Of a stretch of 32,000 nucleotides of DNA, positions 1 to 8,555 are shown one piece after another. The DNA lies in the NCBI GenBank assembly GCA_964565725.1, contig CAZMGA010000005.1, forward strand, positions 5,347 to 37,346, written 5' to 3'. A program made the position numbers and the translations under genes. Below the pieces are notes generated by a model, which was not told where the DNA came from, did not search any database, and saw only the letters and a list, made by a program, of their open reading frames with translations. Every line of letters starts with the position of its first letter. Positions within the stretch are counted from its first letter, which is position 1. This stretch comes from an uncultured archaeon. GTDB lineage: Archaea; Iainarchaeota; Iainarchaeia; Iainarchaeales; 0-14-0-20-30-16.

Positions 1-741
1 ATCAATAAATATTATTGTTGGTGCTTTTTCTTTTGCAATTTTAAATAAATCTTTTACTACTTTCGCACCTTCCCCAATAAATTTATGGACTAATTCTGAA
101 CCATTTAAACTAATCATAGTAGATTTTGTTTTTTGTGCAATTGCTTTTACTAACATAGTTTTTCCAGTTCCTGGTGGTCCGTATAATAAAATTCCTTTTG
201 GAGAATCAATACCAAATTTAATAAATAATTCTGGTTTTGTTAATGGTAATATAACAGTTTCTTCAACTTCTAATATTACTTTTTTTAAGCCTCCTACTTC
301 TTTAAAACTTATTTTTGGTTTTTCGTTTATTTCAAAAGCCTGTGCTCTGTAATCTTTTTCAGGACTTAGAACATCTAACATAGCCAAATTATTTTGTGCT
401 AAAACTACTCTAGATTCTATTTGAATTTCTTTTAAGAATCTTTCAGGTAAATTTACAAAAAATATCATACCATTATTTGTTCTAATAACTACTTTCATTT
501 TATCTAAAAATATTTCTGATACACTACCTATAATTGCGGGCGTGTTTTTGTACATGCCTATTGTTTTTTCTAATCTTTCATTTTCTAAAATTAAATTTTG
601 ATTTTGAATGGATAAATTTTCATTTTGTATTTTTAATAATTGAATTTCGTTTTTTATTTGTTCGGAATAGTTTTGATTATCTAAATTGTCATAAATATTT
701 AATGATTTTAAACTATTGCCTAAATTATTTAAATTTTCCAT
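1..741 (-). CDS. pan: Proteasome-activating nucleotidase-like AAA+ ATPase, N-terminal part, truncated by window start (C-terminus off-window)
   Basis: Reverse-strand translation from ATG at 741 gives an N-terminal coiled coil, then [58 protein letters not shown]...[26 protein letters not shown] (Walker A and B). GGTGAG Shine-Dalgarno just upstream. Absent from the ORF track because it is open at the edge. Confidence 0.85.
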   Translation of the reverse strand, partial: [247 protein letters not shown]

Positions 742-803
742 TTTCTCACCTATTATATATAAATCTTAGATTAATTTATAAAGGTTTATGAGTTAGTTTT
801 AAT

Positions 804-2066
804 ATGCCTATAAAAATGCCTAAAAAATTAAGTAATTTTAGAAGTAATATTAAACATAATGCTAAAAAATTAACTTTAGGATTGGCATTAGCAGCTACTG
901 TCTCCGGCATAAGTCCTAAATTTAAAGTTGTAGATAAAAAACCTTTAGTTCATGAGGTTTATGATTATCGAAATTATGAATTAAAACAATCTATACTACA
1001 TTCAGAAATTTATGTGGAAGAAAGTATTTCTAGTAAAAAAATGAGAAATAAATTATTTTGTGAAAAATCATTAAACGAACTTTTAAAAAAATCAAATTCA
1101 AAAGAAAGTATTAACAAAATTGGTAAAATATTATTAACTAAATATCCTACAGATAAATTATATTTATATGATTTGGCAATAGAACTTTTTTCTAAAAATT
1201 TTAATGTGGATCCAATTATATTAAAGACTGTATTTCGTAGAAATCAATTTAGTCTAGATAACCCTGTTTTAGAATCAAATCCTGAAAGAATATCATCTAC
1301 ATTGGGCTTTAAAATAACTAAAAATGAATTAAAAGAAAATCCTTTATTAGGAATTCTTTCTGCAACTATTCGTATAAATAATTTATCTAAAAAATACGGT
1401 AAAGATTCTGCTACTTTATTATCCTATTATTTGAAAGGTTCAAATATTAAACCTGAAGATATTAAAAGATATGAATTAGAAATTATTAAATATAAAGGAG
1501 ATTATTGGGAAAAAATAGATAAATCTACCAGAAAGTTAAATGGTTTACAAACAATATCTTTAATGTCAAATTATAAAAAACATAATTATAAATTTTTATC
1601 AATTGAAAATTATAAAAAATTGTCTAAATTAGAACAAAGAAGAGAAATAGAAAGATTTTTATTTTATTTTCAAGGTATTTATAATTTTGATATAAAAACA
1701 ATTTCTTCAATAATAGAAATAGAATCACATTTTACATATGATTTAAAAAGTCCTGCTAATGCTATTGGTTTAATGCAATTAAAAGAAAGTAGTTTTAAAG
1801 AATTATTAGATAATTATGACTTTAAAAAAAATTTTGGTTTTGAACCCAAATTTAGAGATTTAAAAAATCCATATTTAAATTTATTTATGGGTATTATGCA
1901 ATATAAATATTTAGAAATTATGCATAATGGTAATTTGGAAGATATTATTAAAGCATATAATGGTGGTTCTAATGCATTATTAAATGCAAAAAACGGAGAC
2001 ATTAAAATGTCTGAATCTCTTACAAGATATTGGAATAAATTTTTAGGTGCATATAGGTCGAGATAA
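804..2066 (+). CDS. Secreted or membrane-anchored lytic transglycosylase (SLT/lysozyme-like fold) protein
   Basis: Hydrophobic N-terminal segment (LTLGLALAATVSGIS). SLT-type motifs in order: IIEIESHF...SPANAIGLMQLKESSF...LNLFMGIMQYKY...IIKAYNGG. Confidence 0.75.
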   Translation: MPIKMPKKLSNFRSNIKHNAKKLTLGLALAATVSGISPKFKVVDKKPLVHEVYDYRNYELKQSILHSEIYVEESISSKKMRNKLFCEKSLNELLKKSNSKESINKIGKILLTKYPTDKLYLYDLAIELFSKNFNVDPIILKTVFRRNQFSLDNPVLESNPERISSTLGFKITKNELKENPLLGILSATIRINNLSKKYGKDSATLLSYYLKGSNIKPEDIKRYELEIIKYKGDYWEKIDKSTRKLNGLQTISLMSNYKKHNYKFLSIENYKKLSKLEQRREIERFLFYFQGIYNFDIKTISSIIEIESHFTYDLKSPANAIGLMQLKESSFKELLDNYDFKKNFGFEPKFRDLKNPYLNLFMGIMQYKYLEIMHNGNLEDIIKAYNGGSNALLNAKNGDIKMSESLTRYWNKFLGAYRSR

Positions 2067-2068
2067 TT

Positions 2069-2992
2069 ATGTCAAAAATTTTTGAAATTATAATTGCTAT
2101 AATTGTAGCTTTATTATTAATTTTGTTTATTTTTAAATTGTTTATTTTTCCTAAAACAAATATTTATGCTGATTTAGAAGATTTAATAATTTTAGCAAAA
2201 TCAAAACCAGGGGAACCTATTTGTAAATATTTAAATTTAGATAAAGCTAATGTTTCTAGTAGTTTGTTATTTAATGATGATAAAGATTTAAATTATTTTA
2301 TCTGGTTTGTAGGTTCTGAAAAATTAAAAGTTTTTGCAAATAATGATAATTTTATAATAAATATAAATAATAATTTAGGCAAAAAAAGAATTTGTGCAGT
2401 ATGTTATCCTAAATTAATGTTTAATAAAGATTATGATGTTTTTTGTGAATTATCTTTTGATTCTAATTATAATAGTTTAAATGTAAATTTACAAAAAATT
2501 AATAGCCCTATTTCACAAGGTTTTATTTATAATAATAAAATAAATATTCCTCAAAATTATAAATATTATATTTATGTTTTTAATAACAATAAAAATATAA
2601 TTGCAAATTTGGAATCAATTTTAGATCAAGATAATGAAGATATAGATTTATTGTTAGACAAAAATTTCGAATTTAATGATTCTGGAAATAAATTAGTATT
2701 ACAATTAGTAGTTAAAAATAATGGTAATTATTATTCTGGATTTGGACCTGCTAAATTTTTGTATCAAAATTTAGTAATAAATGTAAATTCAGAATACCAA
2801 AAAAAAGATTGCGTTGCAACTTATAAAGAAAAACAATACTATAACTATGATCTACAAAAATGTGTTTATTATAATTATTGTAATAATTGTATTTTACCAA
2901 ATCATTGTGCTGAAAAATGGAATGCAGAGTCATTATCTAAAGATTATTCTATTTCATATACTAACGAATCTGTAATGGAATGTAATGAGTGA
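2069..2992 (+). CDS. Hypothetical single-TM protein with Cys-rich extracellular C-terminus
   Basis: N-terminal TM helix (IFEIIIAIIVALLLILFIFKLFIF). C-terminal Cys cluster CVATYKEKQYYNYDLQKCVYYNYCNNCILPNHCAEKW. 2 nt downstream of the previous ORF. Confidence 0.6.
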   Translation: MSKIFEIIIAIIVALLLILFIFKLFIFPKTNIYADLEDLIILAKSKPGEPICKYLNLDKANVSSSLLFNDDKDLNYFIWFVGSEKLKVFANNDNFIININNNLGKKRICAVCYPKLMFNKDYDVFCELSFDSNYNSLNVNLQKINSPISQGFIYNNKINIPQNYKYYIYVFNNNKNIIANLESILDQDNEDIDLLLDKNFEFNDSGNKLVLQLVVKNNGNYYSGFGPAKFLYQNLVINVNSEYQKKDCVATYKEKQYYNYDLQKCVYYNYCNNCILPNHCAEKWNAESLSKDYSISYTNESVMECNE

Positions 2993-2997
2993 ATAAT

Positions 2998-3678
2998 ATG
3001 TTTGAATTATTGGGTAATTGGTTATTAACATTAATAAATAATATTGGTTATTTTGGTTTAATATTTTCTATGTTTATAGAAAGTACTTTTATACCTTTAC
3101 CTTCAGAAGTAATTTTAATTCCCGCAGGTATATTATGGTATCAAAAGGTATTTGATCCTATTTTAATAATTATTTGTGGAACTTTTGGAAGTATTTTAGG
3201 GGCTAGTTTAAATTATTTTATAGGGGCTAAATTAGGTCGACCTTTAATATACAAACATCCTAAATGGTTTTTTTTTAGTGAACAAAAATTAAAAAAATTA
3301 GATTTGTTTTTTGAAAAGTATGGTGCTTTAAGTATTTTTTTTGGAAGACTAATATTTGGAGTTAGACATTATATTTCTTTTCCTGCTGGATTTACTAAAA
3401 TGAATAAGAAAAAATTTGTTCTTTTTACAGGTTTAGGTTCTTTATTATGGGTTACTTTTTTAACAATTTTGGGTTATTATTTTGGCTTACAAATGCATTT
3501 AATAAAAAAATATATGTATTTATTTACTATATTAATTATTTTGGTAATTATTATGGCAATATTTATTTATATAAATAAAAATTATAATTTATTTACAAAA
3601 ATAAAAATAAAAATTAAAGAAAATAAAGAGAAAAGAAAACAAAAAAAATTAAATAAATTAAAAAATAAAAAGATTTAG
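2998..3678 (+). CDS. DedA/VTT-family membrane protein
   Basis: Track ORF is 2989..3678. FGLIFSMFIESTFIPLPSEVILIPAG...GSILGASLNYFIGAKLGR...FGRLIFGVRHYISFPAG is the DedA signature. GAGTGA Shine-Dalgarno-like motif upstream supports ATG at 2998. Confidence 0.85.
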   Translation: MFELLGNWLLTLINNIGYFGLIFSMFIESTFIPLPSEVILIPAGILWYQKVFDPILIIICGTFGSILGASLNYFIGAKLGRPLIYKHPKWFFFSEQKLKKLDLFFEKYGALSIFFGRLIFGVRHYISFPAGFTKMNKKKFVLFTGLGSLLWVTFLTILGYYFGLQMHLIKKYMYLFTILIILVIIMAIFIYINKNYNLFTKIKIKIKENKEKRKQKKLNKLKNKKI

Positions 3679-3682
3679 AAAT

Positions 3683-4957
3683 TTATTCTAAATCAATTGT
3701 AGAATCTATTTTAGGAGCTATTGCATCAATACCTAATTTTTCTTTAATATTATTTGCAAATACATCTATAACTTCATTGTCTCCATGAACACAAATTACT
3801 TTTTCAGGATTCATTTGGCTTATACTTCTCATTAAATCATTTTTTCCTATGTGTGCTGAAAAATCAAAATGTTTTACTTCAAATGGTGCACTAACTAATT
3901 TATCTTCTATTGTTAATTTTCCACTATGTAGTAATGTATGTCCATTTGTTCCAGGCATTTGAAATCCAGTTAATAAAATTTTTGTTCTTTTATCATTTAA
4001 TTTTCTTTTTAAATAATACATTACTGGGCCACCATCTAACATTCCAGCAGTAGTTATAATAATGCTTTGTTTTTGAGTTATTTTCTTTCTTTCATTGCTA
4101 CTATTTACAAAATAAGTATTATCCAATGCATTTTTTAATCTAAAAGAATCTTTAAAATAACCAGGATATTTCATATATATTTTTGAAACTTTTTGACCCA
4201 TACCATCTAAATATATTGGTACATCATTAATTTTATATTTGTCTAATATTTCTACAATTTCTTGACTTCTTCCAACTGCAAAAGCAGGTATTATTGCTGT
4301 ACCACCATTTTCTAAAGCTGAATTTACAAAAGAAATAAATTCTTTTTCTACATCTTTTCTGTTTGGATGGTCTCTATTTCCATAAGTACTTTCAATCATT
4401 AAATAATTTGGATTATCAAAATCTAAATCTGCACCACTGTGTAATCCACTTTCTTCTAATTTAAAATCACCTGTGTATAATAAAGATTTTTTGCCTAAAT
4501 TTATTTTTGTTAATGCACTACCTAAAATGTGTCCCGCATCAAACATTTCAAAATTAATATCTTTATGAATTTGAATGTTTTGTTTGTAATTTACTAAGTT
4601 TACAGATCCAAATACATCTTTAATATTTTGTTTTGAATAAGGCATAGGGCTATTTTCATATTTTGCAATTTTTAAAGTATCTTCCCATAATATATTTGCA
4701 ATATCTAATGTTGGGGCAGTAGCATAAACAGTAGGTCTATGTTTTTGGAATAACCAAGGAATCATACCACAATGATCTAAATGACTATGACTTAAAATCA
4801 TATGTTTTATTGTAGAGTTTGGTTTTAAAGGGTAGTCTGTTCTATCCTGATTTATTTTTAAACCATAATCTAATAATAAGTTGGTATCATTATATTTTAC
4901 CTCAAATCCTGATCTACCAACTTCATGACCAGCACCTAAGGATCTTATTTTTATCAT
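3683..4957 (-). CDS. Metallo-beta-lactamase/beta-CASP ribonuclease (archaeal CPSF-like, aCPSF2 type without KH domains)
   Basis: MIKIRSLGAGHEVGRSGFEV; HSHLDHCG; DAGHILGS; YTGDFK; beta-CASP motifs STYGNRDH, PAFAVGRSQE, TTAGMLDGG, GFQMPGTNG, SAHIGKNDL; GGTGA Shine-Dalgarno. Confidence 0.85.
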   Translation of the reverse strand: MIKIRSLGAGHEVGRSGFEVKYNDTNLLLDYGLKINQDRTDYPLKPNSTIKHMILSHSHLDHCGMIPWLFQKHRPTVYATAPTLDIANILWEDTLKIAKYENSPMPYSKQNIKDVFGSVNLVNYKQNIQIHKDINFEMFDAGHILGSALTKINLGKKSLLYTGDFKLEESGLHSGADLDFDNPNYLMIESTYGNRDHPNRKDVEKEFISFVNSALENGGTAIIPAFAVGRSQEIVEILDKYKINDVPIYLDGMGQKVSKIYMKYPGYFKDSFRLKNALDNTYFVNSSNERKKITQKQSIIITTAGMLDGGPVMYYLKRKLNDKRTKILLTGFQMPGTNGHTLLHSGKLTIEDKLVSAPFEVKHFDFSAHIGKNDLMRSISQMNPEKVICVHGDNEVIDVFANNIKEKLGIDAIAPKIDSTIDLE

Positions 4958-4961
4958 TTTT

Positions 4962-5069
4962 TCACCTTTTTTTTGTTTTTTTATTTAAAGATAGTAGTAG
5001 GTGTGCTAATAAAAGCCCTAAAACTATAATTATTAATATAATAGTAATAACAATTAGTATCGTATTCAT
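4962..5069 (-). CDS. Putative 35-aa single-TM microprotein upstream of the beta-CASP gene
   Basis: Translation MNTILIVITIILIIIVLGLLLAHLLLSLNKKTKKR*. The stop TGA lies inside the AGGTGA Shine-Dalgarno of the 3683..4957 gene. TTTATAAAC TATA-like box at about 5097-5105, roughly 30 nt upstream of the ATG (near-leaderless). Not in the ORF track (<60 aa). Confidence 0.5.
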   Translation of the reverse strand: MNTILIVITIILIIIVLGLLLAHLLLSLNKKTKKR

Positions 5070-5108
5070 AATATATATTAACAATAACAATATTGTTTAT
5101 AAACTTTT

Positions 5109-5888
5109 TTATTTAAAGTCAAAATTAGAAAATATTTTTTTTAAATTATTTCCTAAAATTTTTATCATTTCTTCTTTATTTATAGAAAAATCTTCACAGT
5201 ATTTATCAAATATTTTTTTAATTTGGCTGGGTTCTTGTAATATATTTGATACTGTTGCGGGATAATCAGTTTCAAATAAAATTTGTTCTTTTGGAACGTT
5301 TTTTATTATTTCTTTTACATTCTCATCATATAAGTATTTTGGACCTATTGTAATGAAATATCCTTTTTCAACTGCTTTTTCAACATATTTTTTAGAATCT
5401 AAAAACCAATGCATTATTACTTTATTATAATTAAAATTATTTAATATTTCTAAAGTTTGTTTTACAGCAAAGCGAGAATGTATTTCTACATAAAAATCAT
5501 TTTCTTTTGCAATTTTTAATTGTTCTATAAATGCTTTTTCTTGTAATTCTTTATTATATTCAAATTTAAAATCTAATCCAATTTCTCCTATAATTATTCT
5601 ATTTTCTTCCTTTTTTTCTTTCAACTCTTTAATTTTATCCCTTAAAATATCTATTTTTTTTAAATCTTCAGAATTTTTAAATTCTGTTGGAAATATACCT
5701 AATCCCATAAATATATTATTATATTTAGAGGCTATCAAAATTGTATTATTTATAGTAGCTAAATCTACAGAATTATTAATAAAATATTTTATATTTTGAT
5801 TTTTTGCATTATTAATTATTTTATCTATATTTATTAAATCTAAATTAGAATTTTCTTCTGATAAATGCAAATGTGCATCAAAAAGCAT
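5109..5888 (-). CDS. tatD: TatD-family metal-dependent deoxyribonuclease/hydrolase
   Basis: MLFDAHLHLS (HxH), IGEIGLDF, FYVEIHSR, VIMHWF, LFETDYP. Confidence 0.85.
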   Translation of the reverse strand: MLFDAHLHLSEENSNLDLINIDKIINNAKNQNIKYFINNSVDLATINNTILIASKYNNIFMGLGIFPTEFKNSEDLKKIDILRDKIKELKEKKEENRIIIGEIGLDFKFEYNKELQEKAFIEQLKIAKENDFYVEIHSRFAVKQTLEILNNFNYNKVIMHWFLDSKKYVEKAVEKGYFITIGPKYLYDENVKEIIKNVPKEQILFETDYPATVSNILQEPSQIKKIFDKYCEDFSINKEEMIKILGNNLKKIFSNFDFK

Positions 5889-5916
5889 AAAACCACAAAA
5901 AAAGAATAAATATAAG

Positions 5917-6027
5917 TGTTAACAGAAAATATAAGCTCCGATTCACACCAGTTCCTATACTTTAAAATTGGCTTAACTTCTGGGTTCGGAATGAGACCAG
6001 GTGTACCCCAATTCTTGACCGTTAACA
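5917..6027 (-). rRNA. 5S ribosomal RNA (about 111 nt)
   Basis: Reverse complement reads UGUUAACGGUCAAGAAUUGGGGUACACCUGGUCUCAUUCCGAACCCAGAAGUUAAGCCAAUUU...GGAACUGGUGUGAAUCGGAGCUUAUAUUUUCUGUUAACA. It has the conserved 5S CAUUCCGAACCCAGAAGUUAAGCC loop and a terminal stem from GUUAAC at both ends. TATA-like GTTTATAAAC (6049-6058) is centred about 26 nt upstream. T-run follows (5896-5902). Confidence 0.9.
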
Positions 6028-6062
6028 GATATATATAGGATACAAAAAGTTTATAAACGTAT

Positions 6063-6281
6063 CTAAAAGTCCTCAAAATCATTATCGTCTTCAAAAACAT
6101 TTTTATTATGAATTCCTTGTATTTTAATATCTAATGAAAATGGATGCGCTTTAATAGTTTGTTTTTTATCTTTATATATAAACAGACTATTTTCACAATA
6201 TGGGCAAACTACTATTTTATCTTTATCGCCATTTATATTGGCATTACATATCGGACAAATTGTTTTAGACATAAGTATCAC
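6063..6281 (-). CDS. Small zinc-ribbon protein (72 aa)
   Basis: CPICNANINGDKDKIVVCPYCE: paired CxxC knuckles; starts MILMSKTICPIC. Confidence 0.65.
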   Translation of the reverse strand: MILMSKTICPICNANINGDKDKIVVCPYCENSLFIYKDKKQTIKAHPFSLDIKIQGIHNKNVFEDDNDFEDF

Positions 6282-6324
6282 TTAAAATAAGTATTTATTT
6301 ATAGAATCATAATGCTTAAAAAGA

Positions 6325-7473
6325 CTATTTTTTTCCAATTATAGTAAATTCTTTAATATATCCTATTTTTTCAGTTCTATTATAATGGCAGAGTATATTT
6401 CTGTTTATTGAAATATCCATTACTTTAAGATTATTTAATTTGTATAATTCTTGTATATATTCATAAATATCAAAAATTTCTTTTCCTATTATTCCTCCAG
6501 CTATAGTTATACTTATTATACCATTTTTGTTAATTTGTTTTGTTATTAATTTTATAAAATCTTCTAATTGCATAAAATATTCTTGTAAAGAATAGTTTTC
6601 TGATTTATAGTAATTAGTATTTAAATTTTTAATTTTTTCTGAAAAATAATTTTCATAAAAATATTTGTTTTTATTAATTTTAGAATTAATTTCACCTAAA
6701 TGTTCTTTTAAAATTGTATCTTTATTTAATATTGCCAATTCTAACCCATATCTTTTTGTATATTCTGTTTTATTTAAATAAGGTGGTGAAGTAATAACAT
6801 AATCAAATTTTTGTTTATTATCTTCTAAAAATTTAAACACGCTTTTATTATAAACTTTTATTTCTGAGTTAGAATTAATCCTTGTTTTTTTTATGTCTTT
6901 TACTAATTCTTTGAAAATATTTTCAAATACTTTACTTGTTATTCTTTTTGCTTTTTTTACTTTTGTTAAACTAGAATTATTTTTATTGGCGTTCATTATT
7001 TTTTCAATTGTTTTTAATAATACTAAATAAAAAAAGAATTTTTCATTTTCATTAATTTTATCTATATTATTTTTAATATTAATTAAATCTTTTAAATTTT
7101 CTGAATAAAAATATTTTTTAATCCATTCTATATTTTGATTTATTGCTAAATTTGAATCATTTAATATTAATATTTGTGGTAATAAATTGTTTAATAAATT
7201 TATATTATAGTTTTGTGTTTTTGCACTACTTACTAAATACATTAAATATGATACGTCTGTTCCTATTGCATTAAATTTAAATTCTTTAGAAGTTAATAAT
7301 GTAGTTCCTGTGCCACAAAAAGGATCATAAACTAAAATATTTTTTTTATTTATAGGATATTTTTCAAATATTTTTTTAACTAAATCAAAAGAATATGCTT
7401 CTGTAAATTCAAACCAATTGTAAATTTTATTATGTTTGTTTCCTTGAAAAGTACTATCTAATATTTTTCGCAT
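6325..7473 (-). CDS. SAM-dependent DNA methyltransferase (amino-MTase, SPPY-type), apparently solitary
   Basis: Motif I VYDPFCGTGTTLLTSKEFKFNAIGTDVS and motif IV DYVITSPPYLNKTEYTKRYGLELA. Confidence 0.7.
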   Translation of the reverse strand: MRKILDSTFQGNKHNKIYNWFEFTEAYSFDLVKKIFEKYPINKKNILVYDPFCGTGTTLLTSKEFKFNAIGTDVSYLMYLVSSAKTQNYNINLLNNLLPQILILNDSNLAINQNIEWIKKYFYSENLKDLINIKNNIDKINENEKFFFYLVLLKTIEKIMNANKNNSSLTKVKKAKRITSKVFENIFKELVKDIKKTRINSNSEIKVYNKSVFKFLEDNKQKFDYVITSPPYLNKTEYTKRYGLELAILNKDTILKEHLGEINSKINKNKYFYENYFSEKIKNLNTNYYKSENYSLQEYFMQLEDFIKLITKQINKNGIISITIAGGIIGKEIFDIYEYIQELYKLNNLKVMDISINRNILCHYNRTEKIGYIKEFTIIGKK

Positions 7474-7480
7474 TTTATCA

Positions 7481-8506
7481 CTAATCTATAATTTTAAAAT
7501 CTATTACAATTTGAATAATATCTGGAGAATAATCTCTAACCTTTCTTTTAAAAATAACTTTAATTTTTTTATTTTTCTTTTTTGCAAATTCTTTTAATTC
7601 TTTTAAAATCTCTTTGTAAGGATTAATATTATCTACGAATTTATATAATGTAATTATACCTGTGTTTTTTTTAATTGCTTTATATGCTGCTTCTAAAAAC
7701 AAATCAGATGTTTTTGGTAAAGGCATGATAATATAATCACATTTATTTTCTATTTTTTTTGCATAATTATAAACATCTGCACATATTGGTTTTACATTAT
7801 TAATTTTATTTAATATAATATTTTCTAAAGCCATTTTATGTGCTTCTTTATTTAATTCTATACTATAAACTTTACAATTAGGGTGTTTTTTACCAATTAC
7901 TATTGAAAAAGGTCCAACTCCTGAAAAAAATACTCCTACTGTTTTGTTATCTTTAATAAATTCTGAAACTCTTGTTCTTTCAAAAGACAATCTAGTTGAA
8001 AAAAACATTTTCCCTAATTCTACTTTAAATTTACAATTATTTTCATTAATTATTGTTGTAAAAGATTTTTTACCTGCTAAATATTTTACTTTTTCTACTC
8101 TATATTCTCCTTCAAAAGGGCTTATTTTTTTAACTATTGTTTTTAATGAAGGATTTATTTCTAATAATCTTTTTGCAATTTCTCTTTCCTTTTCTTCCAT
8201 CTCTTTAGTTATTTTAATTATTGCTATATCTCCTAATGTGTCATAGCTAGAAATATAATCTTTTATTTTAAATTCATTTACTAAAATATCTTTAAAAGAT
8301 TTTGTAGTAATATATTTTTCTGATTTTTTATTTACTATTTTATATTTTTTTAATATTTTTATTTTAGGATTTAAAGTAGTTATGGGGAAGTAAACATAAT
8401 TTTTATCATTTTGGGCTTTTATTCCTTTATTATAAATATTATGCTCTATTAATATTTTTTTAATATTCTCTGCTTCGTTTTTGTTTGTTTGTATAAAATA
8501 AGTCAT
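7481..8506 (-). CDS. trm5: tRNA (guanine37-N1)-methyltransferase, Trm5 family
   Basis: YDTLGDIAIIKI; SPFEGEYRVEKVKYLAGKK; CKFKVELGKMFFSTRLSFERTRV; VGVFFSGVGPFSIVIGKKHPNCKVYSIELNKEAHKMALENI; CDYIIMPLPKTSDLFL. Confidence 0.85.
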   Translation of the reverse strand: MTYFIQTNKNEAENIKKILIEHNIYNKGIKAQNDKNYVYFPITTLNPKIKILKKYKIVNKKSEKYITTKSFKDILVNEFKIKDYISSYDTLGDIAIIKITKEMEEKEREIAKRLLEINPSLKTIVKKISPFEGEYRVEKVKYLAGKKSFTTIINENNCKFKVELGKMFFSTRLSFERTRVSEFIKDNKTVGVFFSGVGPFSIVIGKKHPNCKVYSIELNKEAHKMALENIILNKINNVKPICADVYNYAKKIENKCDYIIMPLPKTSDLFLEAAYKAIKKNTGIITLYKFVDNINPYKEILKELKEFAKKKNKKIKVIFKRKVRDYSPDIIQIVIDFKIID

Positions 8507-8555
8507 AGAATAATATTATTCTATTTATTAATAAATCTTTCTTTTATATTATATT

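Noticed and set aside
534-791. Track ORF 534..791 + (85 aa)
   Set aside because: Antisense to the PAN-like gene; low-complexity F/L/Y composition typical of reverse frames of AT-rich coding DNA.
1814-2002. Track ORF 1814..2002 -
   Set aside because: Antisense to the transglycosylase ORF with no signal of its own.
2751-2933. Track ORF 2751..2933 -
   Set aside because: Antisense to the Cys-rich membrane protein; no supporting features.
4819-5265. Track ORF 4819..5265 + (148 aa)
   Set aside because: Antisense across the beta-CASP start, the 35-aa ORF, a promoter region and the TatD C-terminus; repetitive I/N/F composition.
5917-6027. 5S pseudogene
   Set aside because: Short, but the conserved loop sequence, terminal stem, TATA-like box at about -26 and T-run are all intact.
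5840-6100. Track ORF 5840..6100 - (86 aa)
   Set aside because: It reads straight through the 5S rRNA gene, so it is not a real CDS.
7944-8246. Track ORF 7944..8246 +
   Set aside because: Antisense to trm5.
6325-8506. Restriction-modification system (methyltransferase plus neighbour)
   Set aside because: The neighbour is Trm5, a tRNA methyltransferase, and no nuclease or specificity subunit is adjacent.
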